Source of the DNA: Lachnospiraceae bacterium
Lineage (GTDB): Bacteria > Bacillota > Clostridia > Lachnospirales > Lachnospiraceae
NCBI GenBank assembly: GCA_024680435.1
Contig: JAILCK010000001.1
Span: 1-62,834, forward strand
Length of the DNA: 62,834 bases
Direction: 5' to 3'
Shown here: in pieces, positions 29,122-38,440 of the stretch
Position numbering within the stretch: the stretch's first letter is position 1
How the letters are laid out: each line of letters opens with the position of its first letter
Position numbers and translations under genes: made by a program
Notes under the pieces: model-generated
Databases searched by the model: none
What the model was told of the DNA's origin: nothing
What the model saw: only the letters and a program-made list of their open reading frames with translations

Positions 29122-29946
29122 CTACCGATGCCACACTTCGTAGTGCTCTTTTCCAAGCATCGTATCGGAAACTTTTAAAAATCCTGCTTTATTTAGCAGT
29201 CTCTTTGATGCTTCGTTTCCGGGCATCACCAGGGCATTTATTTCGCCAAGTTCGTTTCTTTTGGCAAAAGAAAGAATTGCTTTAACCGCTTCGTAGCCAT
29301 AGCCTTTTCTTTGATAATCGCATCCTATGGCAAATCCGATTTCGTAGTTATCAAATCCCTCTCTTGCGGTAAGCCCCGCTCTTCCGATTATTTTATTGTC
29401 TTTCTTTCTAATAACCGTCCAAATTCCAAATCCCTGAATCTTATATACCTTTTCTCTGTACTCTGCCACGTATTTTCTTTCTTCCTCCGGGTCTTCGTAC
29501 AAAGCTTCCGTGTACTTTGTCATTTCAGGATTTTCATATATCTTTACAAAATCGTCCACGTCGCTTTCAATGGTTTCTCTTAAAAGAAGCCTTTTTGTTT
29601 TAATCATTTCCCAAGGCTCGTCGTTGATTCTTTTGTAAAGCCGTTCGTAATAAACATGCTCTGTAGCTTCGGCATCCATTAAAAAAAACGTGGCATTTTT
29701 AAAGTTTTCCATCATCTTTTCATCATCAATCAAAACGATGGCCTCGCTTCCAAGACTTTTTATCTTATTGAAAGTATCTAAATCATCGGTTATGTAAAGA
29801 GTCCCTTTATCAAGTGTCAAATCTGTTTCTTTGTACACACTTTTATAAGAAACCTTTGTTTTCTTTAATAGCATTCTTAAAATGAAGCCAAGCCTTCTTA
29901 GCCGATTTGCATGAACTTTTTTTGTAAGAAACAGGATTCTCTTCAT
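29122..29946 (-). CDS. RimJ/RimL-type GNAT acetyltransferase with an N-terminal extension
   Basis: TKRLLLRE, IIGRAGL, EIGFAI...YQRKGYGYEA, NEASKRLLNKAGF. Confidence 0.8.
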   Translation of the reverse strand: MKRILFLTKKVHANRLRRLGFILRMLLKKTKVSYKSVYKETDLTLDKGTLYITDDLDTFNKIKSLGSEAIVLIDDEKMMENFKNATFFLMDAEATEHVYYERLYKRINDEPWEMIKTKRLLLRETIESDVDDFVKIYENPEMTKYTEALYEDPEEERKYVAEYREKVYKIQGFGIWTVIRKKDNKIIGRAGLTAREGFDNYEIGFAIGCDYQRKGYGYEAVKAILSFAKRNELGEINALVMPGNEASKRLLNKAGFLKVSDTMLGKEHYEVWHR

Positions 29947-30007
29947 TTACAATCCCCCTTTTCTATTTTATCATGGTTGATAAGAAAATAAATAAGGAGA
30001 AGTAATT

Positions 30008-30496
30008 ATGGCAAAGAATCCTATTGTTACCATTAAAATGGCTGACGGTGGTGTGATTAAGGTAGAGCTCTATCCCGATATTGCACCTAAGACTGTAGAT
30101 AATTTTGTATCACTTGTAGAGAAAGGCTTTTATAACGGACTTATTTTCCATCGCGTTATCAAAGGCTTTATGATTCAGGGCGGAGACCCCGAAGGAACAG
30201 GAATGGGAGGCCCCGGATATTCAATCGTTGGAGAGTTTTCCGATAACGGATTTGAAAACACCTTAAAGCACACAGCAGGTGTAATCTCTATGGCAAGAAG
30301 CATGGATCCTAACTCTGCGGGAAGCCAGTTCTTTATTATGCATAAAGACGCTCCTCACCTTGACGGTTCTTATGCTGCATTCGGTAAAGTTATCGAAGGA
30401 ATGGAAGTTGTTAACAAAATTGCCGAGGTTCACACAGATTGGTCCGATCGTCCTTCAGAGGATCAGATTATGGAGTCAGTCAGCGTTGAAATCTAG
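30008..30496 (+). CDS. ppiB: Cyclophilin-type peptidyl-prolyl isomerase
   Basis: APKTVDNF, FHRVIKGFMIQGGDP, ISMARS, GSQFFI, HLDGSYAAFGKV. Confidence 0.93.
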   Translation: MAKNPIVTIKMADGGVIKVELYPDIAPKTVDNFVSLVEKGFYNGLIFHRVIKGFMIQGGDPEGTGMGGPGYSIVGEFSDNGFENTLKHTAGVISMARSMDPNSAGSQFFIMHKDAPHLDGSYAAFGKVIEGMEVVNKIAEVHTDWSDRPSEDQIMESVSVEI

Positions 30497-30517
30497 TGCT
30501 GATTTGTGTGATTTGAC

Positions 30518-30643
30518 GTTAATATTTGTTTAATATTCAGTTAATTTTAAACACAATATGTGACTATTCTGACGAGAGGGCAAGTTTTTTGCCCTCTCGT
30601 TCATAATTTGTTCATATTTTGTTTTACGTTTGTTTATTTACAT
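30518..30643 (+). repeat. Two arrays of imperfect 11-bp direct repeats
   Basis: GTTAATATTTG/TTTAATATTCA/GTTAATTTTAA (30518-30550) and TTCATAATTTG/TTCATATTTTG/TTTTACGTTTG/TTTATTTACAT (30600-30643). Confidence 0.55.
30572..30600 (+). terminator. Hairpin, probable ppiB terminator
   Basis: ACGAGAGGGCAA...TTGCCCTCTCGT inverted repeat. Confidence 0.6.
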
Positions 30644-30684
30644 AACATCATTTCGTCACGATTATCCTTTATATTATTAGTATA

Positions 30685-30790
30685 GAAACAAACAAAACTT
30701 AATTAGCTTAATTCAAGTTGCTAAATACTTTAAAAACTTTTTCATAATAAATGCCGGGTAATTAATTTACCCGGCATCCTCCCTTTTTAT
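30685..30790 (+). ncRNA. Candidate small regulatory RNA
   Basis: ORF-free A/U-rich stretch ending in the ATGCCGGGTAA...TTACCCGGCAT hairpin plus CCTCCCTTTTT; inference only. Confidence 0.4.
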
Positions 30791-30801
30791 GGGGTCTTTT
30801 T

Positions 30802-31686
30802 TTATTTTACGGCAAGTTCAAGTGCCTCTTTTACATTTTCTATAACTACTTCTTTTTCATTTCCGCCAAATTCACCATCCAGCGTCCAAGGAACTTCTTC
30901 TTCGCAAGTGACCTTTAGTTTATCGGCTTTAAAATAATATAAGTCCTTAGAATTATAGTCTCTGTCCATAAGAGCCACCATAACAGAATTTAAGTCTGTA
31001 GCAAGCTTTGGTTTTCTTATAAGAGTTACTTCAAATAATCCGTCACAAAGATTAATATTCTTTCCCGTTATGTTCTTTATACCGCCTATGGAATCTGAAT
31101 TTGTAATCATTCCGTAAATAAATTCATCTTCAATAGTCATGTGCTCTGTTTCAATACGCATCTTATATGACTTTATTTCAATTAAATGTTTTAAAGCCAT
31201 AATCACATATGCGGCATGGCCTAACCTGTTCTTTAATTCCTGCGGTGTCTCGTAAGAAACTTCCGTAAAGGCTCCGAAGGCAGCCACATAAATAAATGAT
31301 TTATCGTTAAACAATCCCACATCGCACTTAATAAGCTTATCTCCGATTGCTACCTTTGCAGCATCATTGATTCTTGATGGAATACCAACTGATGAAGCAA
31401 AGTCGTTTGTGCTTCCTGCTGGAATGTATCCTATGGGAAGTTTATGCTCTCTTAACTTCATTCCCATAACAACTTCATCAAGAGTACCGTCTCCTCCCGC
31501 ACAGATTACTCTGTCAAAGCCCTCGGGAAGATTTTTAACCATTTCGGTTGCATCCCCACGCTTTGTGGTTGCGGCTACGGTAATTTTATTTCCTTCCATG
31601 GAAAAAAGCTCGATGATATCACCGAGCTTGCTTTTTATTTTTTCTTTTCCTGCTTTTGGATTAAAAACAAAAAATAAATTCATCAT
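30802..31686 (-). CDS. YegS/DagK family lipid kinase
   Basis: NPKAGK, AGGDGTLDEV, IPAGSTNDFA, LDGE. Confidence 0.92.
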   Translation of the reverse strand: MMNLFFVFNPKAGKEKIKSKLGDIIELFSMEGNKITVAATTKRGDATEMVKNLPEGFDRVICAGGDGTLDEVVMGMKLREHKLPIGYIPAGSTNDFASSVGIPSRINDAAKVAIGDKLIKCDVGLFNDKSFIYVAAFGAFTEVSYETPQELKNRLGHAAYVIMALKHLIEIKSYKMRIETEHMTIEDEFIYGMITNSDSIGGIKNITGKNINLCDGLFEVTLIRKPKLATDLNSVMVALMDRDYNSKDLYYFKADKLKVTCEEEVPWTLDGEFGGNEKEVVIENVKEALELAVK

Positions 31687-31940
31687 TCTTTTCCACTTAA
31701 ATATTTAACAACGCCTTCAACTGCGGATTCTTCATCAGAACCATCTGCAATAACGGTGAGCTCATCACCTGTGTCAAGCCCCAAACTCATCATGCCCATG
31801 ATACTTTTCGCATTAACGTGCTTTCCTTCAGTATCGATGTACACCGAAGCTTCGTACTGGCTTGCTACCTGTACCAACATTGCTACCGGTCTAGCCTCAA
31901 GGCCGCTTGCCAATTGAATCTTAATGTCTTGCTTTGTCAT
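31683..31940 (-). CDS. HPr-family protein, Crh-like (His15 replaced by Glu)
   Basis: GLEARP in place of GLHARP; NAKSIMG retains Ser46; located after whiA. Confidence 0.88.
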   Translation of the reverse strand: MTKQDIKIQLASGLEARPVAMLVQVASQYEASVYIDTEGKHVNAKSIMGMMSLGLDTGDELTVIADGSDEESAVEGVVKYLSGKE

Positions 31941-32845
31941 TTCGTTTTCCTTTCGTTTCGTAGATCTTCAGCGAACTCGCTTATCTTTCTCAATCTATGA
32001 TTAACTCCTGATTTTCCCACTTGTGGATCCAAAAATGTACCAAGTTCCGAGAAACTGCTCTCGGGGTGCTCCATCCTAACCTCAGCCATCTCCTTAAGGT
32101 TATCGGGCAAAGCATCCAATCCAACCAATTCATCAATCAGCAGAATATCTTCTATCTGTTTGGACGCGGCATTTACTGCCTTTGAAATGTTCGCCATATC
32201 GCAATTGTTTCTGCGATTAACGGAATTTCTAACATCCTTTACGATTCTTGCATTAGCAAGTTCCATCATGCTCTTATGTGCCCCCAAAACGCTTAGCACA
32301 TCGGCGATGGACTCAGATTCTTTTACATAAGTGACATTGTATCTTTTTCTGACAGAATGCTTGGGAATTATATTAAACAAAGAAAACAGGTATGTCAACA
32401 ATTTTGTTTTTTCCAAATCATCGGACAAAATTTCAAAATGATACCCTTTATTTGGGTCATTAACAAAACCTGCTGCCAAAAAAGCACCTCTTAAATATGC
32501 CCTTTTACAGCAATCTTTGTTTAGTATTTCCAAGGGAGCGTCTAAAGAAAGGTCTTTTAAAATCCTTTCAATATCACAGTTTTTACCGTTTAGCTCCACG
32601 GGGGTTTTCGATTTTTCTTCATTTTCCCGAAAGCCGTCCGTCACTATATTATATGTTTTATTCAACAATGTAAAGCATTTTCTTAGAGCGCTTGAATTAT
32701 CCCTTGAAAAATAAACCCTTTTTTCAGGCCCCTTTTCCACCTTTGCATAGAAAGAAAACAGTGCGGATAATTCAGCAATTCTGCAATGATTTTCATTTGG
32801 AACAAGCTTAATAAGTTCATCCTTTACATCTTTTGAAAAAGACAT
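31937..32845 (-). CDS. whiA: DNA-binding protein WhiA
   Basis: Starts MSFSKDVKDEL (ATG 32845); AYLRGAFLAAG, RNSVNRRNNCDMAN, KSGVNHRLRKI. Confidence 0.93.
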   Translation of the reverse strand: MSFSKDVKDELIKLVPNENHCRIAELSALFSFYAKVEKGPEKRVYFSRDNSSALRKCFTLLNKTYNIVTDGFRENEEKSKTPVELNGKNCDIERILKDLSLDAPLEILNKDCCKRAYLRGAFLAAGFVNDPNKGYHFEILSDDLEKTKLLTYLFSLFNIIPKHSVRKRYNVTYVKESESIADVLSVLGAHKSMMELANARIVKDVRNSVNRRNNCDMANISKAVNAASKQIEDILLIDELVGLDALPDNLKEMAEVRMEHPESSFSELGTFLDPQVGKSGVNHRLRKISEFAEDLRNERKTK

Positions 32846-32850
32846 TTTTC

Positions 32851-33711
32851 CTACTTTCCGAAAGCAACGTCTCTGTGCTTGATGGTGATACCGCACTCAC
32901 CGCCCTTAAGTCTTTCGTAAAGCTTATTGGCAAGAGTAACGCTTCTGTGGTGTCCGCCGGTACATCCGATTGCCACCACCAATTGATACTTTCCTTCTTT
33001 TACATAGTTTGGAATCAAGAATCTTAACATGTTTTCAAGCATGTCCAAAAACTCTCCGGCCTCTTTATAGCCCATTACATAATCCTGTACAGGCTCATCA
33101 AGACCCGTTAGATTCTTAAGTGAATCTACGTAAAAAGGATTCGGTAAAAATCTTACGTCAAATACCAAGTCCGCATCCTGGGGAATTCCGTTTTTAAAGC
33201 CAAAAGAAACAATATTCACCATTAGGCTGTTATACTGTTTCCCCTCCACAAAAATGCGGTCGATTTCTTCTTTTAATTCTCTGGTTAATAGATTTGAAGT
33301 ATCGATAACATAATCCGATAGCTTCTTTATTCCGCCCAAAAGCTCTCGCTCTTTGGCGATTCCCTCTTCCACGCTTCCGTCAAAAGAAAGAGGATGAAGT
33401 CTTCTTGTTTCTTTGTATCTTTTAAGTAATACCTTGTCGTCTGATTCAAGAAACAGTATTTCGATTCTTATCTTTTGCTTCTTTAATTGATTTAGAGTCT
33501 TTTCAACTTCTTTAAAAGGAAGATCGGATCTTGAATCAATGCCCATGGCAACCTTTGAAAGCTCTGTATTGTTTTCAGTTACCAAATCTATAAATTTATC
33601 TATAAGCTTTACCGGAAGATTGTCAACGCAATAATAGCCTGAATCTTCAAGCATCTTCATTACTGTACTTTTTCCGCTTCCGCTCATTCCCGTTACAACA
33701 ACAAGTCGCAT
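32851..33711 (-). CDS. rapZ: RapZ/YvcJ P-loop protein
   Basis: VTGMSGSGKS, CVDNLP, ETRRLHPL, SFGFKNG, FDVRFLPNP, IGCTGGHHRSV. Confidence 0.95.
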   Translation of the reverse strand: MRLVVVTGMSGSGKSTVMKMLEDSGYYCVDNLPVKLIDKFIDLVTENNTELSKVAMGIDSRSDLPFKEVEKTLNQLKKQKIRIEILFLESDDKVLLKRYKETRRLHPLSFDGSVEEGIAKERELLGGIKKLSDYVIDTSNLLTRELKEEIDRIFVEGKQYNSLMVNIVSFGFKNGIPQDADLVFDVRFLPNPFYVDSLKNLTGLDEPVQDYVMGYKEAGEFLDMLENMLRFLIPNYVKEGKYQLVVAIGCTGGHHRSVTLANKLYERLKGGECGITIKHRDVAFGK

Positions 33712-33722
33712 TTTAAAATCCT

Positions 33723-34625
33723 CTAATCAAACTTACCTATTTTTATAACTTCAGGTTCTAATTCTATATCGAACTTTTCCTTTACTTCTTTAATAACAAG
33801 CTTCATTAAGTCGCTTATATCTTTTGCGCTTGCACCTTCATCATTTACGATAAAACCTGCATGCTTTTCGGATACACAAGCGCCCCCCACTCTTCTTCCT
33901 TTAAGGCCCGCTTCCATAATAAGCTTTCCTGCAAAATTATCCTTTGGCCTTTTAAAGGTACTTCCGGCACTTGGGAAGTTTAAGGGCTGTTTTTCGCGCC
34001 TCTTTTCCAAAAAGTCATTCATCTTATCAAGGATTTCTTTTTCATCCTTTTTTACAAGCTTATATGTAACACTTAAAACAATAAAATCTTTACGTTTTAA
34101 AATACTGTTTCTGTAAGAAAACTCCATTTCGGAATTTGAAAATGTCTTTATGGAGCCATCTAAATCAAGCATCTTTACGGAGCTTACCACAAAAGACATT
34201 TCGCCGTCATATGCTCCCGCATTCATAACGATTGCACCGCCCACGGTTCCGGGGATTCCGTACGCAAATTCAAGTCCTGAAAGGCCTTTTTCTTTTGCAA
34301 GAATACAAACCTTTGAAAGAATGGCTCCGGCGCCCGCTATGATTTCTTCGCCTTCTGATTTGATGCTTAAAAAATCGCCTTCAAGCTTTAACACATATCC
34401 GTCGTAGCCTTTGTCGCTTATTAGGAGATTACTTCCATTACCGATTACAAAGAAAGCTTCTTTGTTTTCTTTTAAAAGGTTTATCACTTTTAAAAGAAGG
34501 TCCTCTGTCTTAATTAAGACAAGTGCTTTGCAAGGGCCTCCTACTTTAAATGTCGTATATTTATTTAGCTCTTCATTTACAAGCACTTGTGAGTCTCCCA
34601 CAAGTGCTTTAATTCTTTCTATCAT
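33723..34625 (-). CDS. murB: UDP-N-acetylmuramate dehydrogenase
   Basis: YTTFKVGG, GNGSNLL, GIPGTVGGAIVMNAGAY, QPLNFPSAGSTFKRP, SEKHAGFIVN. Confidence 0.96.
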   Translation of the reverse strand: MIERIKALVGDSQVLVNEELNKYTTFKVGGPCKALVLIKTEDLLLKVINLLKENKEAFFVIGNGSNLLISDKGYDGYVLKLEGDFLSIKSEGEEIIAGAGAILSKVCILAKEKGLSGLEFAYGIPGTVGGAIVMNAGAYDGEMSFVVSSVKMLDLDGSIKTFSNSEMEFSYRNSILKRKDFIVLSVTYKLVKKDEKEILDKMNDFLEKRREKQPLNFPSAGSTFKRPKDNFAGKLIMEAGLKGRRVGGACVSEKHAGFIVNDEGASAKDISDLMKLVIKEVKEKFDIELEPEVIKIGKFD

Positions 34626-34640
34626 ATTCTTTTCTCTAAA

Positions 34641-35573
34641 CTACATTACCATTTTTGCAGCGCCGTACATGCCTGCATCGTTTCCTAAGGTAGCAAGAAC
34701 CATCTTACATTCTTTTGCTCCTGAGAAAACGTATTTATTAAAGTTTGGAAGAACGTAATCCATGATTACGGTTCCTGCCTTAGAAACGCCACCACCTATA
34801 ACAAAAGCTTCGGGATTAATGATTGAAGCTATAATGGCAAGGCCTTTTCCTAAGTACTTACCGAATTCTTCCGCTATTTCAATGCAAAGAGCATCTTTTG
34901 CTTTAACGCCGTCAAATACAGCTTTTGCAGAAAGGTCTGCCTTTGTAAGAACGGTTTCTTTGTTCCACTTTTCTAAGTGCTTTCCTGCAAGGTAAGAAAT
35001 ACCTGTAGCGGAAGCGTACTGCTCGAGGCATCCGTGGTTCTTACATCCGCATTCTCTTTCTTCGTTGTCTTCTATATGAAGGTGACCGATTTCGCCGCCT
35101 GCACCATTAGCGCCTGCAACGATTTTTCCGTTAATGATTACGCCACCGCCTACTCCTGTTCCGAGTGTCACCATAACGACGCTTGAGTATCCCTTTGCGC
35201 CGCCTTTCCATGCTTCGCCAAGAGCTGCAACGTTTGCATCGTTTCCGGCTTTTGTGGTAAGCCCTGTAAGCTTCTTTAACTCGTCATTTACATTAAATTC
35301 GCCCCAACCTAAGTTAACTGCGCAATGAACAACGCCGTTATCATCTATGGGTCCGGGAACGCCTACACCGATTCCAATCACATCGCTTTTATCAATGGAT
35401 TTTTCTTTAAGCTTACTATCAATTGCTGCCGCAACGTCGGGCAATATGTTTTTTCCGCCGTTTTCTTTTCTTGTAGGAATTTCCCACTTATCGACAATGT
35501 TACCTTCTTTGTCAAGAAGTCCCATTTTTACTGTCGTTCCCCCGATATCAATACCAAATACATAGTTAGCCAT
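34641..35573 (-). CDS. glk: ROK-family glucokinase
   Basis: GIDIGGT, NDANVAALGE, TLGTGVGGG, GEIGH, CGCKNHGCLE; likely start MANYVF at 35573. Confidence 0.9.
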   Translation of the reverse strand: MANYVFGIDIGGTTVKMGLLDKEGNIVDKWEIPTRKENGGKNILPDVAAAIDSKLKEKSIDKSDVIGIGVGVPGPIDDNGVVHCAVNLGWGEFNVNDELKKLTGLTTKAGNDANVAALGEAWKGGAKGYSSVVMVTLGTGVGGGVIINGKIVAGANGAGGEIGHLHIEDNEERECGCKNHGCLEQYASATGISYLAGKHLEKWNKETVLTKADLSAKAVFDGVKAKDALCIEIAEEFGKYLGKGLAIIASIINPEAFVIGGGVSKAGTVIMDYVLPNFNKYVFSGAKECKMVLATLGNDAGMYGAAKMVM

Positions 35574-36513
35574 TCTTTTCGTCCTCTTCTCTTTTCTTAG
35601 CAAAATTTTCCTGAATTCGTTTATAGAATTCCTGAGCGGCATTGTAACCCATCTTCTTTTGACGATAATTAACCGCTGCAGACTCGCAAATGATTGCAAG
35701 GTTTCGACCGGGACGGATAGGAATGTTATGGCAGACTACCTTGTTTCCAAGATATTCCGTATACTGTTCTTCAAGTCCCAAACGGTCGTATTCTTTATCT
35801 CTGTTCCACTCTTCAAGTCTTATTACCAAGTCAATTGACTGGGTGTCTTTAACGCTTGATACACCAAACAATGTTTTAACATCCACAATACCGATACCTC
35901 TTAATTCGATAAAGTGCTTTGTTACATCGGGAGCAGAACCTATAAGCGTATCATCGCTTACCTTTCTGATTTCAACCGCATCGTCACTTACCAGACGATG
36001 TCCTCTTTTAATAAGTTCCAAAGCGGCTTCAGATTTACCGATTCCGCTTTCACCTGTGATTAAAACACCTTCGCCGTATACGTCCACCAATACGCCGTGA
36101 ACCACGATACAGGGCGCAAGCTTTACATTAAGCCATCTGATAATCTCTGCCATGAAATCTGATGTTGATTTCTTTGTCATTAAAACAGGGATTTTCTTTT
36201 CATTGGCTACTTCCAAAAAGATTTCGTCGGGATACAATTCTCTGCAATAAACTATTGCGGGAATGTCGTAAGACATAAGCTTTTCATATGCTTCACGCTT
36301 TTTCTTTGGCGGAAGGTTTTCCATATATGTATATTCAACGAATCCTATAATCTGGATTCTCTGTGCGTCAAAGTGTTCAAAATAGCCCGCAATCTGGATA
36401 GCCGGTCTGTTTATATCAGGCTGGGTGATCTTAATATTGGAAATATCAATATCCGGAGTTACGTTTTCAAGTTTCATTTTGTCTATTACTGCTTGTAATG
36501 CAACTGATGCCAT
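35566..36513 (-). CDS. hprK: HPr kinase/phosphorylase
   Basis: HGVLVDVYGEGVLITGESGIGKSE, HRLVSDD, IELRGIGI, PIRPGRN; likely start MASVAL at 36513. Confidence 0.96.
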   Translation of the reverse strand: MASVALQAVIDKMKLENVTPDIDISNIKITQPDINRPAIQIAGYFEHFDAQRIQIIGFVEYTYMENLPPKKKREAYEKLMSYDIPAIVYCRELYPDEIFLEVANEKKIPVLMTKKSTSDFMAEIIRWLNVKLAPCIVVHGVLVDVYGEGVLITGESGIGKSEAALELIKRGHRLVSDDAVEIRKVSDDTLIGSAPDVTKHFIELRGIGIVDVKTLFGVSSVKDTQSIDLVIRLEEWNRDKEYDRLGLEEQYTEYLGNKVVCHNIPIRPGRNLAIICESAAVNYRQKKMGYNAAQEFYKRIQENFAKKREEDEKNG

Positions 36514-36571
36514 TTTACTGCCTCCTTTTACTAATACATGGTACTTTTTGAGTGTAGCACAGAACAATAAA

Positions 36572-38440
36572 TTAAGCCATGTCCTTATGGAAAAAATTCC
36601 ATATTGAAACCGCAATATCCTCAGGTATTTCATCAAGTTTTGAAAGTTCGTCGACGCTTGCATTTTTAATGGCATCGATTGAATCAAACTTTCTCATTAA
36701 GGCAAGCCTTCTCTTTGGCCCAACTCCCGGTATCTCGTCTAAAACCGAATGAACCTGCGCCTTACTTCTTAGGCTCTTATGATACTCGATTGCAAACCTA
36801 TGGGCTTCATCCTGAATTCTTGTTATTAATTTAAATGCTTCGCTTGTTTTATCGATATCAATTTCAACGCCGTCTACGTAAAGGCCTCTTGTATTATGAT
36901 AATCGTCTTTAACCATACCGCAGACGGGGATGTCTATCTTTAATTCGCTAAGCACTTCTTTACAAATGTTTACCTGGCCTCTACCGCCATCCATTAAGAG
37001 TAAATCCGGAAATCTTGCAAAGCTTCCGTATGAAGCCTCAAGTTTTTCTTCTTCAAGGCGTTTCATTTCTTCAAAGCCGTGGGTAAATCTTCTTGTCAAA
37101 ACTTCATGCATGCAGGCGTAATCGTTTGGCCCTTCAACAGACTTAATCTTAAACTTTCGATAGTCTCCTTTTACGGGCTTTCCGCCTTCAAAAACCACCA
37201 TTGAGCCTACGTTTTCAAAACCGTTTGTGTTTGAAATATCAAAGGCTTCAATTCGGTTAATGTCCGGTAAATCTATTAATTCTCTAAGCTCATCCAAGGC
37301 GCCTTTGGTGCGTCTTTCTTCTCTTATGATTTTTTCTTTATCCTGTAAAAGAACCAGACTTGCATTTTTATTTGCAAGCTCCACAAGTTTTTCTTTGTCT
37401 CCGATTTTTGGAACAATAAGCTTTACTTTTTTTCCTTTTACATAGGAAAGCCATTCTTCTATAGCTTCCAGTTCATCTATCTCTATGGGAAGCATGATTT
37501 TGCTTGGAACATATGGCGTTCCGGTATAATAGCGCTTTACAAATTCGGTAAGGGTTGTTTTCTTTGAATCTCCGTCAACACCGCCTATATGATGGTGCTC
37601 TCTTCCTATCATTTTTCCGTTACGTATAAAGAAAACCTGCACCACAGCATCGTTTAAATCCTGAGAAATACCGATAATATCTCTGTCTTCTTCATCGGTG
37701 TCGCTTATCTTTTGCCTCTCTATTACCTTAGCTGCGCTCTCTAAGAGTTCCCTGTATCTTATTGCTTCTTCAAAATCGAGAGCTTCCGAAGCCTTTTCCA
37801 TCTTTTCTTTTAATTCGTTTACGATGGTTTTGTCATTCCCGTTTAAAAAGTCTAATGCCTTTTGCACTCTTTCTTTATAGTCATCAACAGGCACATTCCC
37901 CTTACAGCATCCCACACATCTTTTCATGTGATAATTAAGGCAGGGCCTGTCCACTTCGACTCCATATTCAACCTTTTTATTGCAGGTTCTAAGTCCGTAA
38001 GTGCCATTTAATAATTCTATAGTGTCATTAACGGCCTGAGCGCTTGTAAATGGGCCAAAGTACTTTGACTTGTCTTTATTTGTTTTCCTTACCATCATTA
38101 TTCTTGGGTAGGTTTCACCCAAGGTAACTTTTATGTAAGGATAAGTTTTTGAATCTTTTAAAAGTGTGTTGTATTTGGGATTGTATTCTTTAATCAGATT
38201 ATTTTCCAAAACCAAAGCTTCAAGCTCTGAATCAACCAAGATGTACTCAAAATGATTGATTAAAGAAACCATCTTCTCGATTTTTGGAGTTTTCTTTGTA
38301 GACGCACGAAAATAAGACCGTACTCTGTTGTATAGATTAACAGCCTTACCAACGTAAATAACATTATCATTTTCGTCATGCATAAGATAAACTCCCGGTT
38401 TATGCGGGAGTTTACTTAGCTCGTCAGAAATATTAAACAT
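36572..38440 (-). CDS. uvrC: Excinuclease ABC subunit C
   Basis: PGVYLM..YVGKA (GIY-YIG), IEAFDISN, PDLLLMDGG, DEAHRFAI, HhH IPGVGPKRR. Confidence 0.97.
   Translation of the reverse strand: MFNISDELSKLPHKPGVYLMHDENDNVIYVGKAVNLYNRVRSYFRASTKKTPKIEKMVSLINHFEYILVDSELEALVLENNLIKEYNPKYNTLLKDSKTYPYIKVTLGETYPRIMMVRKTNKDKSKYFGPFTSAQAVNDTIELLNGTYGLRTCNKKVEYGVEVDRPCLNYHMKRCVGCCKGNVPVDDYKERVQKALDFLNGNDKTIVNELKEKMEKASEALDFEEAIRYRELLESAAKVIERQKISDTDEEDRDIIGISQDLNDAVVQVFFIRNGKMIGREHHHIGGVDGDSKKTTLTEFVKRYYTGTPYVPSKIMLPIEIDELEAIEEWLSYVKGKKVKLIVPKIGDKEKLVELANKNASLVLLQDKEKIIREERRTKGALDELRELIDLPDINRIEAFDISNTNGFENVGSMVVFEGGKPVKGDYRKFKIKSVEGPNDYACMHEVLTRRFTHGFEEMKRLEEEKLEASYGSFARFPDLLLMDGGRGQVNICKEVLSELKIDIPVCGMVKDDYHNTRGLYVDGVEIDIDKTSEAFKLITRIQDEAHRFAIEYHKSLRSKAQVHSVLDEIPGVGPKRRLALMRKFDSIDAIKNASVDELSKLDEIPEDIAVSIWNFFHKDMA

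Noticed and set aside
30497-30801. CRISPR array or MITE
   Set aside because: The repeats are 11 bp, degenerate and have no spacers; no terminal inverted repeats with target duplication; no cas genes.
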